Below are positions 1 through 13,519 of a stretch of DNA of 64,000 bases, piece after piece. The notes below the pieces were generated by a model. That model made no database searches, was not told where the DNA came from, and saw only the letters and a list, made by a program, of their open reading frames with translations. Positions within the stretch are counted from its first letter, which is position 1, and every line of letters starts with the position of its first letter. The stretch comes from Eledone cirrhosa (taxonomy: Eukaryota). The position numbers and the translations under genes were made by a program. The stretch lies in the NCBI GenBank assembly GCA_964016885.1, contig OZ024742.1, forward strand, positions 255,936,001-256,000,000, read 5' to 3'.

Positions 1-46
1 CTTAGCAGAATTTTTAGTTGAATTCGTAAGAGTATAACATAATTTT

Positions 47-201
47 TGGCACAGACCCAGCAATTATCCCAGTGTATTTCTGCTGCTTTTTTTATCGACA
101 CTGTAACGATAAAAGGCGGGATTTGAACTCAGACCAAAGGGCCGTAACTATTTGCTGCAAATTATTGCGTCAGACTCTCTACCGATACTGCCAATCCACC
201 G
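47..201 (-). mobile_element. tRNA-derived SINE (family S1), degenerate
   Basis: Reverse complement reads ggtggattggcagtatcggtag (A box) ... gagttcaaatccc (B box) ... matching the copies at 14363 and 35845. Confidence 0.8.
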
Positions 202-689
202 CTCTCATAGAGTATAAAATAATATTTGGTATTCATGTATATGTAAAAAAAGGAAAAGGAAAAATAGAAACGATTTAAATTACAAACGAAAATGCACTTT
301 TGTTATAAGGTAACTATTTCTTCACCGAATTCAAATTGGTGCCATGCTGTCCTGATTCCAATATATAGTGCAGCCTAAGGGTATATGCGGTTCAAACTCT
401 ATTGAAATGTAGTTTTACATTATAAGAAAAAGGCCAACTGAAGGCAATATTTTTATCATTCACGATAGAAAAATGTTCAGTTCACCTGTCATCGACAGCC
501 TGACGTCTTATCTATCGAGTGACAGACAAAAGTTATAATACATAATTATGTGAGCTGAGACTGCTCGCTGGGGATATGTGAGGGTTTGCACTCAACTAAT
601 ATCTTGTTATTCTTTCAGTATATCCCTATAGATAATGTAGACTTCAATGCATATGTATGAAAGAAAAACTCATCTCCACTTATATGAAT

Positions 690-845
690 ATGTATGTATG
701 CATGTACTTATGTGTGTATGTATGTATGTATGTATGTATGTATGTATGTATGTATGTATGTATGTATGTATGTATGTATGTATGTATGTATATGTATGTA
801 TGTATATATATATGTATGTATGTATCTATGTATGTATATATATAT
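690..845. repeat. (TATG)n microsatellite
   Basis: Direct reading. It generates the MYVC/HTYI pseudo-ORFs. Confidence 0.95.
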
Positions 846-846
846 G

Positions 847-1380
847 TCGGGTCACTCTTGAGTGCTACTGGTAACACATAACCCTGTACAACCCGTCGCA
901 TGGTCGGGTCGTTGGCAACTGAACCGGCAACCCCACCAAATGTATTTGGTGAGGAGGGTGATTTTGAACACCTTGCAGGACAAAAAACAAAACCTGATAA
1001 AGGGCAGAAGAACTCATAAGAGTCAACGGCCATCCAAAAGTATGTAAATATGTATATACACATGTACAGCGCGCTTAAACCACTGGGAGTGAAGGACCCC
1101 TAGCCTTTGTCAGGGCATACTTCTAGGAGAAGACAACTAAGGAAACTGGGATAACCCCGATATAAAACCTGCGGCTCAGTAGTTACCGATTATGTTAATA
1201 TTTTATTCTTTTAGGGTTATAGTTACTGGCGCTCAGAGGGTGGGATTGGCTCAGTGCACAGTCTTCCCTCAGTTTAAAAAATATCTTCACCACAGTCATT
1301 GCACGATAGAATTAATTAATAATTATTAATAATGGTATATCGTGCAATGGCCACACTCAATAACGAGGGGGCAGCCATCA
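847..1380 (+). mobile_element. RTE-like LINE 5'UTR fragment (dispersed repeat)
   Basis: 847-1045 aligns with 45138-45330. Contains cttctaggagaagacaact...aaaacctg, similar to 45755-45795, which lies upstream of an APE remnant. Confidence 0.45.
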
Positions 1381-1623
1381 TATATGTATGTATGGATGTA
1401 TTCAGGCATGGAAGTACATGTGTATCTATGTAGTCTATATTTTATTAATTTTGAATTTATGTTTGACCGGCCACCTTCCCGAGGCCAGATAGTCAAGAAA
1501 ACACATTTTAGAAGATTACAGATACCTCTTATAGCGTATGAATTCTAAAGCGAAGTTCTTTCTCGATAAATCCATGTTCAGTTAAACATTTGTATTGGTG
1601 AGTTTTTATAAGTACTGTAGTTA

Positions 1624-1773
1624 TAATTGTTTCTACTTTAGGCACAAGGCCAGCAATTACCCAGTGCATTACTGGTACTTTATTTTATCGACCCCGTAAG
1701 GATGAAAGGCAAAGTCAACCTCGGCGGGATTTGAACTCAGATCGTAAAGGGACGTAACTATGCTGGAAAGCAT
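1624..1773 (-). mobile_element. SINE S1, 5'-truncated, 10-bp TSD
   Basis: B box and body match 35845-36025. tagttataat is duplicated at 1618-1627 and 1773-1782. Confidence 0.9.
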
Positions 1774-1984
1774 AGTTATAATAGCAACAGGTATGAAACC
1801 GAAGCTGTATCTTTGGTACTTGATCTTCAAACTCCACATAAATGGTCCGTGGAATGTTTGTCATTTCATTGACATTGAATTGGTAACTGACTTGATTTTA
1901 ATGTGTTCCTACATGTCAATACCAGGCTTGTGTTTTACTTTGGTGACAGATTGTATTTGTATTTGTGTATGTATGAACGAATGT

Positions 1985-2771
1985 ATTATGTTCTTCTGGT
2001 TTTATAATTTCACAAATTCTTTCCCAATAGAGGAAAAAATAGAGTCGGTTTCTAACATAGATACAAGACTCTCTCATTAGAATTTACACAACATCAACTA
2101 GGTAGATTATGTATGCATGCATGTGTAGATATGGATGTTATTGTATGTGTGGATGTGAATGCATTGAGTTGTATGTGTGCATGTGTTTATGCTTTGTATC
2201 TGTACATGTGTATATGCAGTTATTAGATGCAACATATTTGGAATGTTTTACATATTTTTACTGTTCCATTAATGGATTGTACTTGTAAATTGCTAACTAG
2301 TTGTGTTCCTTCTGTTCTTGTGAAGCCTAGCTTCTCAAGATTTGTATTGAGGCAGTTACTAACATCCCCCAGTGCCCCAATAATCGCAGGCATAAATCTG
2401 AAGGTGTAATCAGGGTGGAGTATCTGCAGATTTCTCATCAGTTCTGCATAAATATTCTCCTTTTCGCTAATCTTTGATATTATATTGGCATCTGCTGGGC
2501 AGCTAATTTCCACTACTGGGCATGCTTTCTTCTCCCTGTCCCATATCATAATATCTGTTTTGTTATGCCTGCATTTTATTGGGGTTTTTACTGGAACATT
2601 CCACCAATACTCTTTCATATTATGTACGTGGATGTCTTCCACATTGCTGTAGAATTTAATGTGTTTATTATCGGGGCTATCTTTTTTACGGACTGCATTG
2701 TACAGTGTTTTGGCCATTACATCATACCTCATAGGTAGATAGTACTGCGATGACATCTTTGGACAGCTGAT
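1985..2771 (-). mobile_element. R4/Dong-clade LINE 3' fragment (REL endonuclease + 3'UTR), TACA-associated family
   Basis: ORF 2223-2849 carries HNKTDIMIWDREKKACPVVEISCP and PAIIGALG (restriction-like endonuclease). Its 3'UTR is repeated at 2781-3140. Confidence 0.85.
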
Positions 2772-3145
2772 GTATGTATGTCCTTCTGGTTTTATAATTT
2801 CACAACTTTTTCCCAATAGAGAGAGGGTCGGTTTCAAACATAGACTCAATACTCTCTCATTGGAATTTACACAACATCAACTAGGTAGATTATGTATGCA
2901 TGCATGCATGTGTAGATATGGATGTTATTGTATGAGTGGATGTTAATGTATTGAGTTTTATGTGTGCATGTGTATATGCTTTGTATCTGTACATGTCTAT
3001 ATGCAGTTATTTGATGCAACATTTTTGGAATGTTTTACGTATTTTTACTGTTCCATTAATGGATTGTACTTGTAATTTCCTAACTAGTTGTGTTCCTTCT
3101 GTTCCTGTGAAGCCTAGCTTCTCAAGATTTGCATTGAGGCAATAA

Positions 3146-4839
3146 GACTGTATACCCAAATTTTTTTTTATCTCTGTTGTAATCACTTTTTTTGTGTTGC
3201 TTAGGTCACAAATAAATAAAAAAAAGTGCTATTAAACAGTTAAAAGTTTGGGTTAGTAAAACTTCTAAGCTATTCACTAGAATTATTTGTATGCTGGATT
3301 TTACGTTGTATGTAAGTTTAATTTGCTTATGTTAAAACTTTTTTTTTTATATATATTTCAAGTTAAATTAATATTATAAAATAAAGAGTAATACCTTAAG
3401 AAAATTATAAAAGTGCAATAAAGTATAAAATTGTTAAAAAGTGGATTAAAGAGATTTATTGATACTGGATTTTCGCACCCTGAATAAAAGGTAAGTTGTG
3501 TTTTAAGCATTCGTCTCCAGGATGAAAGAGTGGAAAGTGAGAAAGTGCAGGTGACAAGTCAGAGAAGTCGAAACGGATCTTTCTCAGGCTTTTACACTCT
3601 TAGGGATGGCCTCTGCTTCTGCCATGACGTGCCTGGACTGTTTGACGTTATTGCGGTGCCGTTTGTGCCCAAGGAGTGGCTATTTATAAACAGCTCCACC
3701 ACAAGTTTGAAGGCTGTCCTCCTCCACAATGGAAGCACGTTCCCGACACTGCCGCTAGCTCATTCAGTCTACCTGAAGGAAGATTACTACATTGTCAACC
3801 AGTACAATTGGGAAATCATTGGATACTTCAAGATGGTGGCTTTCCTGCTTGGACTCCAAGGAGGCTTTATCAAATTCCATTGCTTCCGCTGCCTTTGGGA
3901 CAGCAGAGTCACATCTGAGCACTACAATAGAAAGAACTGGGAGCAGCGAACAGAATTTGTAGTTGGGACCCGGAACGTCATGTGGGATCCACTGGTTGAT
4001 CCCAGGATTGTGCTCATGCCGCCACTGCACATTAAGTTGGGGTTGATGAAACAGCTTGTGAAGTCTCTCAACCAAGAATCAGCTGCTTTTAAGTACCTTC
4101 TTGAGTTCTTCCTCAAGTTATCTGAGGCCAAAATCAAAGGTGGAAATTTTGTTGGATAAAGAAGGTGTTTGAGTCTACCGAGTTCTCCAATAAGCTCAAT
4201 AGGATTGAGATAACAGCATGGAACTGTTTCAAGGCAGTTGTTAAGGGCTTCCTGGGCAACTACAGCGCTGAAAACTACCAGCAAATGGTGCAGGATCTGA
4301 TAAAGGCTTTTGGCGCCATGGGATGCAGGATGTCGCTTAAACTCCATATGCTGGATGCTCACTTGGAGAAATTCAAAGACAAGATGGGCGCCTACTCAGA
4401 AGAACAAAGCGAACGAATCCACTAAGATGTGAAAGAGATAGAGCGGAGGTCCCAGGGCCACTACAATGAAAAAATGATGGGGGACTACATCTGGGGGCTC
4501 TTGCGGGAATGCAACCTGGTATACAACAGCAAATCCAGGAAATCTAGTCATTTCTGACGTGTATAAGTTACTTTATAATTGTTATTTGCTTTTACTTGTT
4601 TGCTTTTGATAAGCTTGTGTAATAAAATAAATATATACTCTGTTGATTTAATTATATGAACTGATAAATTTAAAAAGAAATGTGTTTTTTCTTGAAAAAT
4701 ATGAAAATTTCGAAATATCAAACTCCTGACCAAAAACCCAAACTTCTAATTAAATAATAGTGTTTTTTGATAATGATGTGATATAACAAACCAGGAGATA
4801 AAACTTAGAACCGGGAAACAAATAATATTTTACACAGTG
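3146..4839 (+). mobile_element. Chapaev3-like (CMC) DNA transposon with TAA target duplication
   Basis: Termini gactg...cagtg (CACTG with one mismatch). TAA at 3143-3145 and 4840-4842. The LINE sequence resumes exactly after the right TAA. Confidence 0.8.
3530..4557 (+). pseudogene. Chapaev3-like transposase, frameshifted
   Basis: Motifs FINSSTTSLKAVLLH, MVAFLLGLQGG, CFRCLWDSR, PPLHIKLGLMKQ, SLKLHML, SEEQSERIH and MMGDYIW across ORFs 3530-4159 and 4165-4425. Confidence 0.8.
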
Positions 4840-6762
4840 TAATCACAGGCATAAATCGGAAGGTGTAATCAGCGTGGAGTATCTGCAGATTTCTCATCAG
4901 TTCTGCATAAATATTCTCCTTTTCGCTAATCTTTGATATTAATGTCCTTATTATCGGGGCTATCTTTTTTACGAAATGCATCGTACAGTGTTTTGGCTAC
5001 TACATCATGCCTCATAAGTAGATAGTACTGCAATGACTTCTTTGAACAGCTGCTGATGACATGGGTGATATCCTCGATGTTAGTTCTGCCGAGTCAGGTG
5101 TTTTGCCTGCATCTCTATCTCTTTTGTGAATCAGGTATTTCGTGTTACTTTCCTGTTCTTGGATTGCAAAAGCGTATCCTTCAAAGTGGGAGCCAATATA
5201 GCGGTTGTTGGTCCAAGATAGACTACTTTCCTTATCCATATTCTCTCACTATGGAGCTTCCTGGCAACATATCCATGCATGATTTTTTGCTGATAAGCCT
5301 GCAGTTTTTCATCCATGGATTCACTGCGATACTGCTGAGCGATTTTTCCTGGGTGTGAGTTTTTTATTATCACACAGGGAATATCTCTCGAGGAGTTCCT
5401 TCCCAACTCTCATGATCTTATCTGTTTCATGCAGATAGACTTCTCGAGAAACGGGCTCCTACGCTTCGAGGTTCGTAGATTTTGTCGGAGGGATATGATG
5501 CGACATTCAAATGCTGTCTGGACTGATGTTAGGCTTCTGCCTCCTTGCTTACTTTTCAAGTAAAGGCGGTGTATGTCACTGTTGATGTGGAAGATTCCGG
5601 CGTTGTTTAGTATTTTTCGAGTTCCAACATCAACTGCTCCGATTTCGTCTATCGTCCAATAATTGAGTATTCCAAACGTTGGTGTTAGGACAGGCACAGC
5701 AAACACATTGTGAGCCACTGTTTTGTTTTGCGCAGAGAGTTCCGATAACCAAACCTTTCTTAATCGGGTGTAGTATTCCCTGGTTACGCGTTCCTTATTA
5801 CAGATACCATTATAAGATATGTTCTCATCTATCCCCAGGCATCTGTAGCAGTCCTCATCAGATATCGTTAAAACAGTTAGGCCATTGATGACAATGATTG
5901 GTTGTTGTTTTTCCCCGCTTTACAGTCATGTATGAGCATTTATCTTGGCCAAACTCCATTCCTATATCTTTTGAGAACGTTGTAACCAAGTCAAGATTTT
6001 TCTTCATTCCATCCATGTTCTTGGCATAGAGTTTCAGTTCGTCCACAAAGATATTATGGGTTAGGTTCGTATTTCTGTCTTCCTGTAAGCCAATGATGTA
6101 TCCCTCACATTTCTTGAGCAGAAAGGATAAGAGGTTTAATGAAAATATGAATAATATCACAGAGAGACTGTCCCCCTAAAATATACCCCTGCGATATTTT
6201 ATTTTATCAGTGGAAATAGAGTCCTCCCTCTCTGTCTTTAACCTTAGGATAGTAGCCCAAGAAGAAGACAGCCTCACTATAGCTCTGACAATAATGTCTG
6301 GGACTTTAGCAAGTTGGAGGGCCTCTATCATCCAAGAGTGGGAAACAGAATCGATGTATGTATGTACTAAGGTATCTATGTATGCGCAGGAACATGGGAA
6401 TACATGGTTTAATGCCCAGTACGCAGCTAGCAAGTTTATATCAGGACATCATTCTAGGAGTGAAAAACTCTAATGTAAAACATGCGATTCAAAAGCATCC
6501 AAAGACTGATCTATTCTTCCTTTTGGATACTTGTCACCGCTGTTCAAAGAGTGGGATTGGTGCAGTGCAAGCCTGTTCTTCATTTAAAAAAACTTCATGC
6601 GCAAGCATCATTTGATTTAAATGATTTTCGCATGCGTTGCGTGAATATGGTATTTTCTATTTTATTTCATTGCATCATATGCAGAAATGATTCTAAGTCC
6701 TTGATATGGTTAAACATTCGTGTCTGTGTCACCCATGTATGAATCCGAGATGCAACCATTAT

Positions 6763-6953
6763 GGCGGGGTATTGGCAGTATCAGTAGAAACTCGGACGCC
6801 ATGCTTTGCAGCATAGAGTTTAGCCCCTTTATGGTCTGAGTTCATTTCCCGCCAAAGTTAACTTTGCCTTTAATCCTTACGGGGTCGATAAAATAAAGTA
6901 CCAGTAATACACTGGTATAATTGCTGGCCTTGTGCCAAAGGTAGAAACAATTA
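6763..6953 (+). mobile_element. SINE S1
   Basis: tattggcagtatcagtag...gagttcatttcccgcc...ggggtcgataaaataaagtaccag...gtagaaacaatta. Confidence 0.85.
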
Positions 6954-8574
6954 TGTATGTATGTATGAAGGATTTTTATTTTGTGAAGAGAGACACTCCC
7001 AGTCTTCATTAAGACATCTCTCTAAGAGAAGGTCACTCTGATATATAACCTGCGACTTCGTTTGTATCCAATGATGTAGACCAGTTCTTCTTTTTGGGCA
7101 AATGCATTCGATATTCAGAGAGTGGGATTGGCTGCGTGCAAAGCCTTTCCTCACTTAAAAAAGCTTCAATCACAGGTATTGCTTGATATGTGACATTTGT
7201 TGGCGATGCATGGAATTGCTGGCCATAGGCAAGTTCTTGCAAGACTAAAAAGGTACGTTTGTGATGCTCATGCTTAAGTATGAAGCAATGGCATTATTCA
7301 AAATCAACTTGCAACCACCATACATGTATGTATGTATGTATGTATGTATGTATGTATGTATGTATGTATGTATGTATGTATGTATGTATGTATGTATGCA
7401 TGTATGCATGTATGTATGTATGTAAGTATGCATGTATGTGTGTGTGTGTATGTATATTATGTTTGTATATATGTATATGTAAATATATGTGTGTGTGAGT
7501 GTGTATGTGAAGGTTATTTAGTACGGTATATTAATTAATGTAGGTGGCACCTGCTTAAACTGGCTGATAAGTAAATAGACAGTGTGTTCTTCAATGGTAC
7601 CACTGTATTAAATATTTGTACCCGGCAGAATGTTTACAATATATATGAGAGAACGTAGATTCAATTTTCCTTATCGAATCTGACATTGTGGAACTTGATA
7701 CGTGGCTACAATAAATACACTGGTTCGAGTTTGCCATGTTATGCAATCAAACCTGGGGCCTTATATTTCCGAAGCGAACATTTTAACCCCACAACTTTAA
7801 TAATTGCGTATTGCACATACATCTCTTGTACTGAATTATGACTTCATTTATCGACCCTTAGATGAAAGGCAAGTCAGATTTGAACTCTGAATTTGAACTG
7901 GAAGCAATTTCAAAATATTTACTTCAACACCCTAACAGCTTTGCCAACTCGCCGCCTTTTCTTATAGAGAGAGAAAACGCGTGAGTATGTGTGTGTGTGT
8001 ATGTGTCTGTGTGTGTCTGTGTGTGTCTGTGTGTGAGAGAGACAGAGAGCAAGAGCGAGAGAGAGCGAAGGAGAGAGAGAAACAGCAGTATCTTTGATAA
8101 GTGAATGTCTTACAAATGCTTTCACTTCATACTACATTATTTTTCCCAACATAGCGTGTACATTAAAAGCTGGAGTGTATAACTGACTTGTTAATTCCGG
8201 CTGAATTAACTGGGATGTTAATTAAAATCAACAATATTATTGATATGAACCGGAAGTTGTGGCAGTGGAAAATCGGAAGTATTGTTCAAGATGGACACCA
8301 GTATATTGGGTGTCTCACTTACACACAAATCACTAGCTTTTGCCAAATTTACTTATTAATTTCCATTTTCCTTCTCAGTATTGACATTGCATTGGCTTGT
8401 CAAACCATTCATCCCACACAGTTAGGTCAAATAGTAATTGACCCGATGTTGATTTTGAACTGGTCAGGTCGAGAACTTAGTGTAAATTTTAATGTTTGAA
8501 ATTTAGAACATACACGATTGTGAGTGTGTTTTGACTAGTTACTATCAGGGTGATATATCAGATGGAGACGTAAA

Positions 8575-8906
8575 TAGAGAGAGCGAGAGCGAGAGAGAGA
8601 GAGGGGGAGACATAAAAAGAGAGGAGAGAGAGAGGTAAAGGGGAAAACTGTGAGAAAGGGGAGAGAAAGAGGGAGTTAGAGACAAACAGAGGCGAAGAGA
8701 AAAATAGACGAGGATACATGGAAAGGGAGAGAGGGTAAGAAGCTAGTGACGGTGTAAGAGAGAAATGGGGGTTATAGGAAGTAGGAAAGAGAGGGAAAGA
8801 GAAAGAAATAGAAAAAGAAGTAGAGAGAGAGGGGAGGGAAAGAGACGGAGAGGGAAAGAGAAGAGGGAAAGAGAAGGAGAGGAAATGTGAAACTAGTGAG
8901 AGTGTG

Positions 8907-8945
<39 letters not shown>

Positions 8946-9065
8946 GAGAGAGGGAGAGAGCGGGTGAGAGGGAGACGGAAATAGAAGGGGAGGGGAACAT
9001 AAGAAGAGAGAGGAAAGTAGAGCGAAAGAGAAAGAGAAGGAGATGGAATGAAGAGAAGGAAAGAG
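8575..9065. repeat. Purine-rich (GA) low-complexity tract
   Basis: Direct reading. Source of the S/L-rich minus-strand pseudo-ORFs. Confidence 0.9.
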
Positions 9066-10104
9066 ACGCATATCATATATCAATAAACTTGACTTTGCCA
9101 GATAGAATTAACTGATGGAATATACGCTGGTTAGGTGTCAAATATCAGAATCTCACGTACAGGTTAACATTTCAATTTTGGCAACTAAATATTACTGAAT
9201 TAACATGGAAACTTTCAAATTATGTGTTTCAAAATTATGCAGCCATTAAATAAAACTTACATATCTGAGGCGACAACGCCTGGGTTTTTAGTGCAGATTT
9301 TACAGCTGGATGCCCTTCTATGCCCTAACGTCTTTAGTCGCCTCATACAATAAACGGAGACAGAGTGTACTCAGCTGCCTATGTGTTTATGTCCCTAGCT
9401 TAGCTCTATTTCTCCCATTTATGCACCTCCTTCTCTGAAATAAAATAATTTCAACGTACAATTTGCTCAGCTGACAAACTTAGTTTTTGACACTTCTTCC
9501 TTTGACTCAGAAAAATAACAAGCCTGCATATTCTACTACACAGTCCATATTAACTCTTTCCGAGGATTCGATATTTTACAATGCTGGGATCGAGCAAAAT
9601 GTTCAGTGAATTTATTGTTTGATCGCAGAAAATATCCAAGTTAATTAAACATATTTCTATAAAGCTGTGATCCTTTAAGTTTCATCAATGCACAATCTGA
9701 GATGTGTGCGCTCTAGATCGCTGCCTAGTTGCTCATGATGTTTGCGCCATCACTGACTAACTAAGAAAAGTACTGTAATCAATCAAATTGTGATAAAGAT
9801 AATTAAAATATGCAATATTGCCAAAAAAAAAAGTTGTTTAATTATACTTGTAATTTGGTAGAATTATTGGCCGATGAGATGGATCGATCGACATACATTG
9901 GTTTCCACGATGAGGTATTCGATCAATGGGACCGGTTGCTCCAGAAATGAATGTGTAAGTAGCAGTTTATCCCAGGGACACTTGTATCATTAACGAATTG
10001 GAGAAAGATACAGTGTGTAACAAGGTTGACTCCTAGAATTACATATACAGACGTTCCACGGTCTTCCAAACAATCTCAGTCTACACAATTCAACTGAAGA
10101 GGGT

Positions 10105-10310
10105 TGATGATGGTGATTACTATGATGATAATAAGATGTGATCGTTATGGTTAGGAATATGTATATGATTAATATGATGCTGATGGTTATGAATATAGTG
10201 ATGGCTACAGTGATAGTAATGACTATGCTGATAGTGATGAATATGATGATAGTTATTGCTATGATAATGGTGTGCTGCTGGCTATGATGATGCTGATGCT
10301 AATGATGATA

Positions 10311-10341
<31 letters not shown>

Positions 10342-10360
10342 TGATGGATATGGTGGCTAT
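10105..10360. repeat. Degenerate (GAT)n microsatellite
   Basis: Direct reading. Gives a poly-Met pseudo-ORF. Confidence 0.9.
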
Positions 10361-10565
10361 GGAGTCTTGCACTTTTTCTATTTATGTCTACTTGACGTAC
10401 CACTACTTACAAACACATGAACTGATATACACACATACACACACACACGTATATACATGCATGCACACCCACACACACATGCATACACAATTACACAGAC
10501 ATATTTACACACGTGCGCACATACACCGCCTCTACTCTATCTCTCTCTCTCACACATACACACAC

Positions 10566-10648
<83 letters not shown>

Positions 10649-11172
10649 AAAGAATAGAGGTGTAACACACAAGTTATTATTTATTGGTAAACGGAATAGA
10701 AAATGCTGACAAATTGTTCACAGTTGAAAAATGGTTTAATTAGGAATAAAAGAGTATTAGTGATTGCATGGGTTAGTATTCAGTTGTGGTTTTAAGTTTT
10801 TAAGTTTTTACCGGTTGCGCATTTCTAAATGCTTTTCAAAAATAATTTTGAGATAGAGTGTCCGTGCTGTTTGCTCTGATCTGATTAGTTTTGGGAATTC
10901 TACCTGTTTTTATGTTAAAAAAGTGGCTCCAGCGTTATTTTTGTGTTGCAAAAATGGTTGTGGTCAAAACAATTTTGATTGGTCGGTAGAGGTCATGTGA
11001 ATGTAAAAAGTTGATTTTGCGCCAAGACTGTTTTTATGTTAAAAAAGTGGCTCCAGCAAAAATTCTTGGTCAAAACAATTTTGATTGGTCGGTAGAGGTC
11101 ATGTGAATAAAAAATTGGTTTTGCGCCAAGATTGAGAAATGACTCTTTCACAACAAATATGTGCGTGTGTGT

Positions 11173-11230
<58 letters not shown>

Positions 11231-11302
11231 TAGTAGTAGTAGTAAGATGTTCGATGTTGCGACAATGGCCAGCAGCGATGTGTATCAAATGGCTATTAAG
11301 AT

Positions 11303-11365
<63 letters not shown>

Positions 11366-11446
11366 GCAGAGTGATTCGTGGTGGTAGGGATGGTCAGTAA
11401 GAATGTGTCTGAAAGCAATGGGGGGTATTTTAGCATGTCAAAAGAT

Positions 11447-11551
<105 letters not shown>

Positions 11552-11728
11552 GCAGAGTAATTTGTGGTGTTCAGGGATGGTCAGTAAGAATGTGTCGGAA
11601 AGCAATGGGGGGTATTTTAGCATGTCAAAGATATTTTTCAGCTTTTGTCTTATACGGAGAAGTGCGTGTGTGTGTGTGTGTATATAAGTCTCTTTGTATG
11701 TTGATGTACGCGTGTGCATGTGTTTGTG

Positions 11729-11760
<32 letters not shown>

Positions 11761-12087
11761 GGGGTGGACTAGTATTTTTCCTCCCTGGTAAAATGGTGTA
11801 CATTATTCGATTTTTTCAGTAAAATCGGTTCTCTTAATAGAACATCAAAAATCTTAACAATAAAAGGTGTGAAATGATATTCACTATATATATATACACA
11901 TACATATATTCACTACATGTATATATATATATATATATACATATATACATACATATATATGCACATATATTTCTTTGTATTGCACCATAGAGCATGTGTG
12001 TTTACGTGTGTCATTGTGTTTATATGTGGGTAGAGATGTGTGCTGATGTAGGTATGTATGTTGACGTGTGTATGTTGTGGGTTCGTC

Positions 12088-12330
12088 TTAGGGAGAAGTG
12101 TTTAGACGGGGTCCGTATTTGTTAATGAAGTAAGATTCCTTGCTGATGCGCTGGGTGTGGGGGGCATTATCTTTAAATTTGTAGAGGGGAAAGATTCTGA
12201 AGTTGGGATGATTTTGGGCGGCACAGGTATCAATGTGTTCACTCAGTGGTATTTTCCTGTATTCCCGTATTTTAATTTGGGATCTATGGACAATTTGCGA
12301 ACAATTTGTCAGCATTTTCTATTCCGTTTA
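12088..12330 (-). pseudogene. PLE GIY-YIG endonuclease C-terminal fragment
   Basis: HRSQIK...LSEHIDTCA...RISKESYFINKYGPRLN, the typical R..E...I....P.LN ending. Abuts (TA)n. Confidence 0.75.
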
Positions 12331-12384
<54 letters not shown>

Positions 12385-12387
<3 letters not shown>

Positions 12388-13519
12388 TTGCGAGGTTTTT
12401 GATATGAAATCGTGTGTCGAAACAAATATTGTTATACTTGGGGAGGGTCATGTTTGTGTAATAATATTGCCAGAATTAATAACAGAACATACTCACTGTT
12501 TGGATTGTTTTCGCTTCTGTGTATTTTATATCGGTTAATTTAATTTATTCAGTCCTCAATGTTGCTATTGACTGACCAACGGTCAAAGATACAGATACAA
12601 TATAGACACAAACACAAATATATAGTCTGTACTGATAGGAAATGTATCATATCTACAGTAAATCCCCGGATAAACTGTAAAACTAGAAACGTAGTCTATA
12701 GCATAAGATGCACAGAGGGTACTTGCTGAAACATGACAACAACACACATAGGCGAGACAGCTCGTAGAATAGGTGAAAGGATAGACCAACACTGGGGGGA
12801 ACTAAAAGGACTAAAAAACGGTTCAGTACTATACGAACATGACAGACAACAACACAATGGTAACATAGACAAGATAGACGTTAGAATAATATCTAAACAT
12901 AGAAATGACCCAGCAGATAGGCAAATCAGAGAGGTCAGCGAAATAGTACTTAGAAGGCTAAACAGAAAAAATGAATGGAATAACAACACCACCAAAACAA
13001 ACAACACTGACCTAAGAGAGGTATAAATAAATAAATACATAAATACATACACAAGAACAATAACAACAAACACATATAAACACACACTAGTAAACTAAGA
13101 TAGAATACATTAACCAATACACAGTCACCCAAACAAGAACACACATCAAACAAAACACTATACACACACGCAAACGCATGCGCAGAGAAGACAAACAAAT
13201 AAACAAATAAATAAATAAACAGACTAAATAAATATGGCATAAGCATACAATGCAACGGGAGGAAACATAATAGCACCACTGACGATGTTGCAGATGTGCA
13301 ACGAAAGAACTTTGATAGACTATATATATGTGTTTGTGTCTATATTGTATCTGTATTTTTGACCGTTGGTCAGTCAATGGCAACAATGAAGACCGAATAA
13401 ATTAAATTAACCGATATAAAAGACACAGAAGCGTAAACAAACCAAACAGTGAGTGTGTTCTGTTATTAATTCTGGCAATATTATTACACAAATATGACCC
13501 TCCCTAAGTATAACAATAT
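12385..13519 (+). mobile_element. Truncated PLE (family Y) with inverted terminal copy, inserted in (TA)n
   Basis: GIY-YIG at 12665-13026 (NCKTRNVVY, HIGETARRIGERIDQH, RQIRE, LNRK). Arm 12426-12628 is the reverse complement of 13317-13519. Homologous to 52022-52897. Confidence 0.9.
13274..13318 (+). ncRNA. Minimal type I hammerhead ribozyme motif
   Basis: CTGACGA-t-gttgca(gatg)tgcaac-GAAA-gaac-tt. Stem I is weak. Confidence 0.6.

Larger units (their letters stand above)
2772..6351 (-). mobile_element. R4/Dong-clade LINE, 5'-truncated and decayed, interrupted by a DNA transposon at 3146-4839
   Basis: RT motifs DSVSHSW, GIF*GDSLS, IFVDELKLYA, GMEFGQDKC. Also RLYLKSKQGGR and EGYAFAIQEQE. Both ends abut (TATG)n. 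Confidence 0.85.

Noticed and set aside
2030-2090. ctaatga...gaaac on the minus strand in the R4 3'UTR as an HHR
   Set aside because: No stem II pairing and no NUH or stem I.
2223-2849. 208-aa ORF as an intact gene
   Set aside because: Chimeric: its start lies in the 3'UTR of the adjacent LINE copy.
9690-9780. VSDGANIM motif on the minus strand (hAT transposase-like)
   Set aside because: A single short motif with no frame support.
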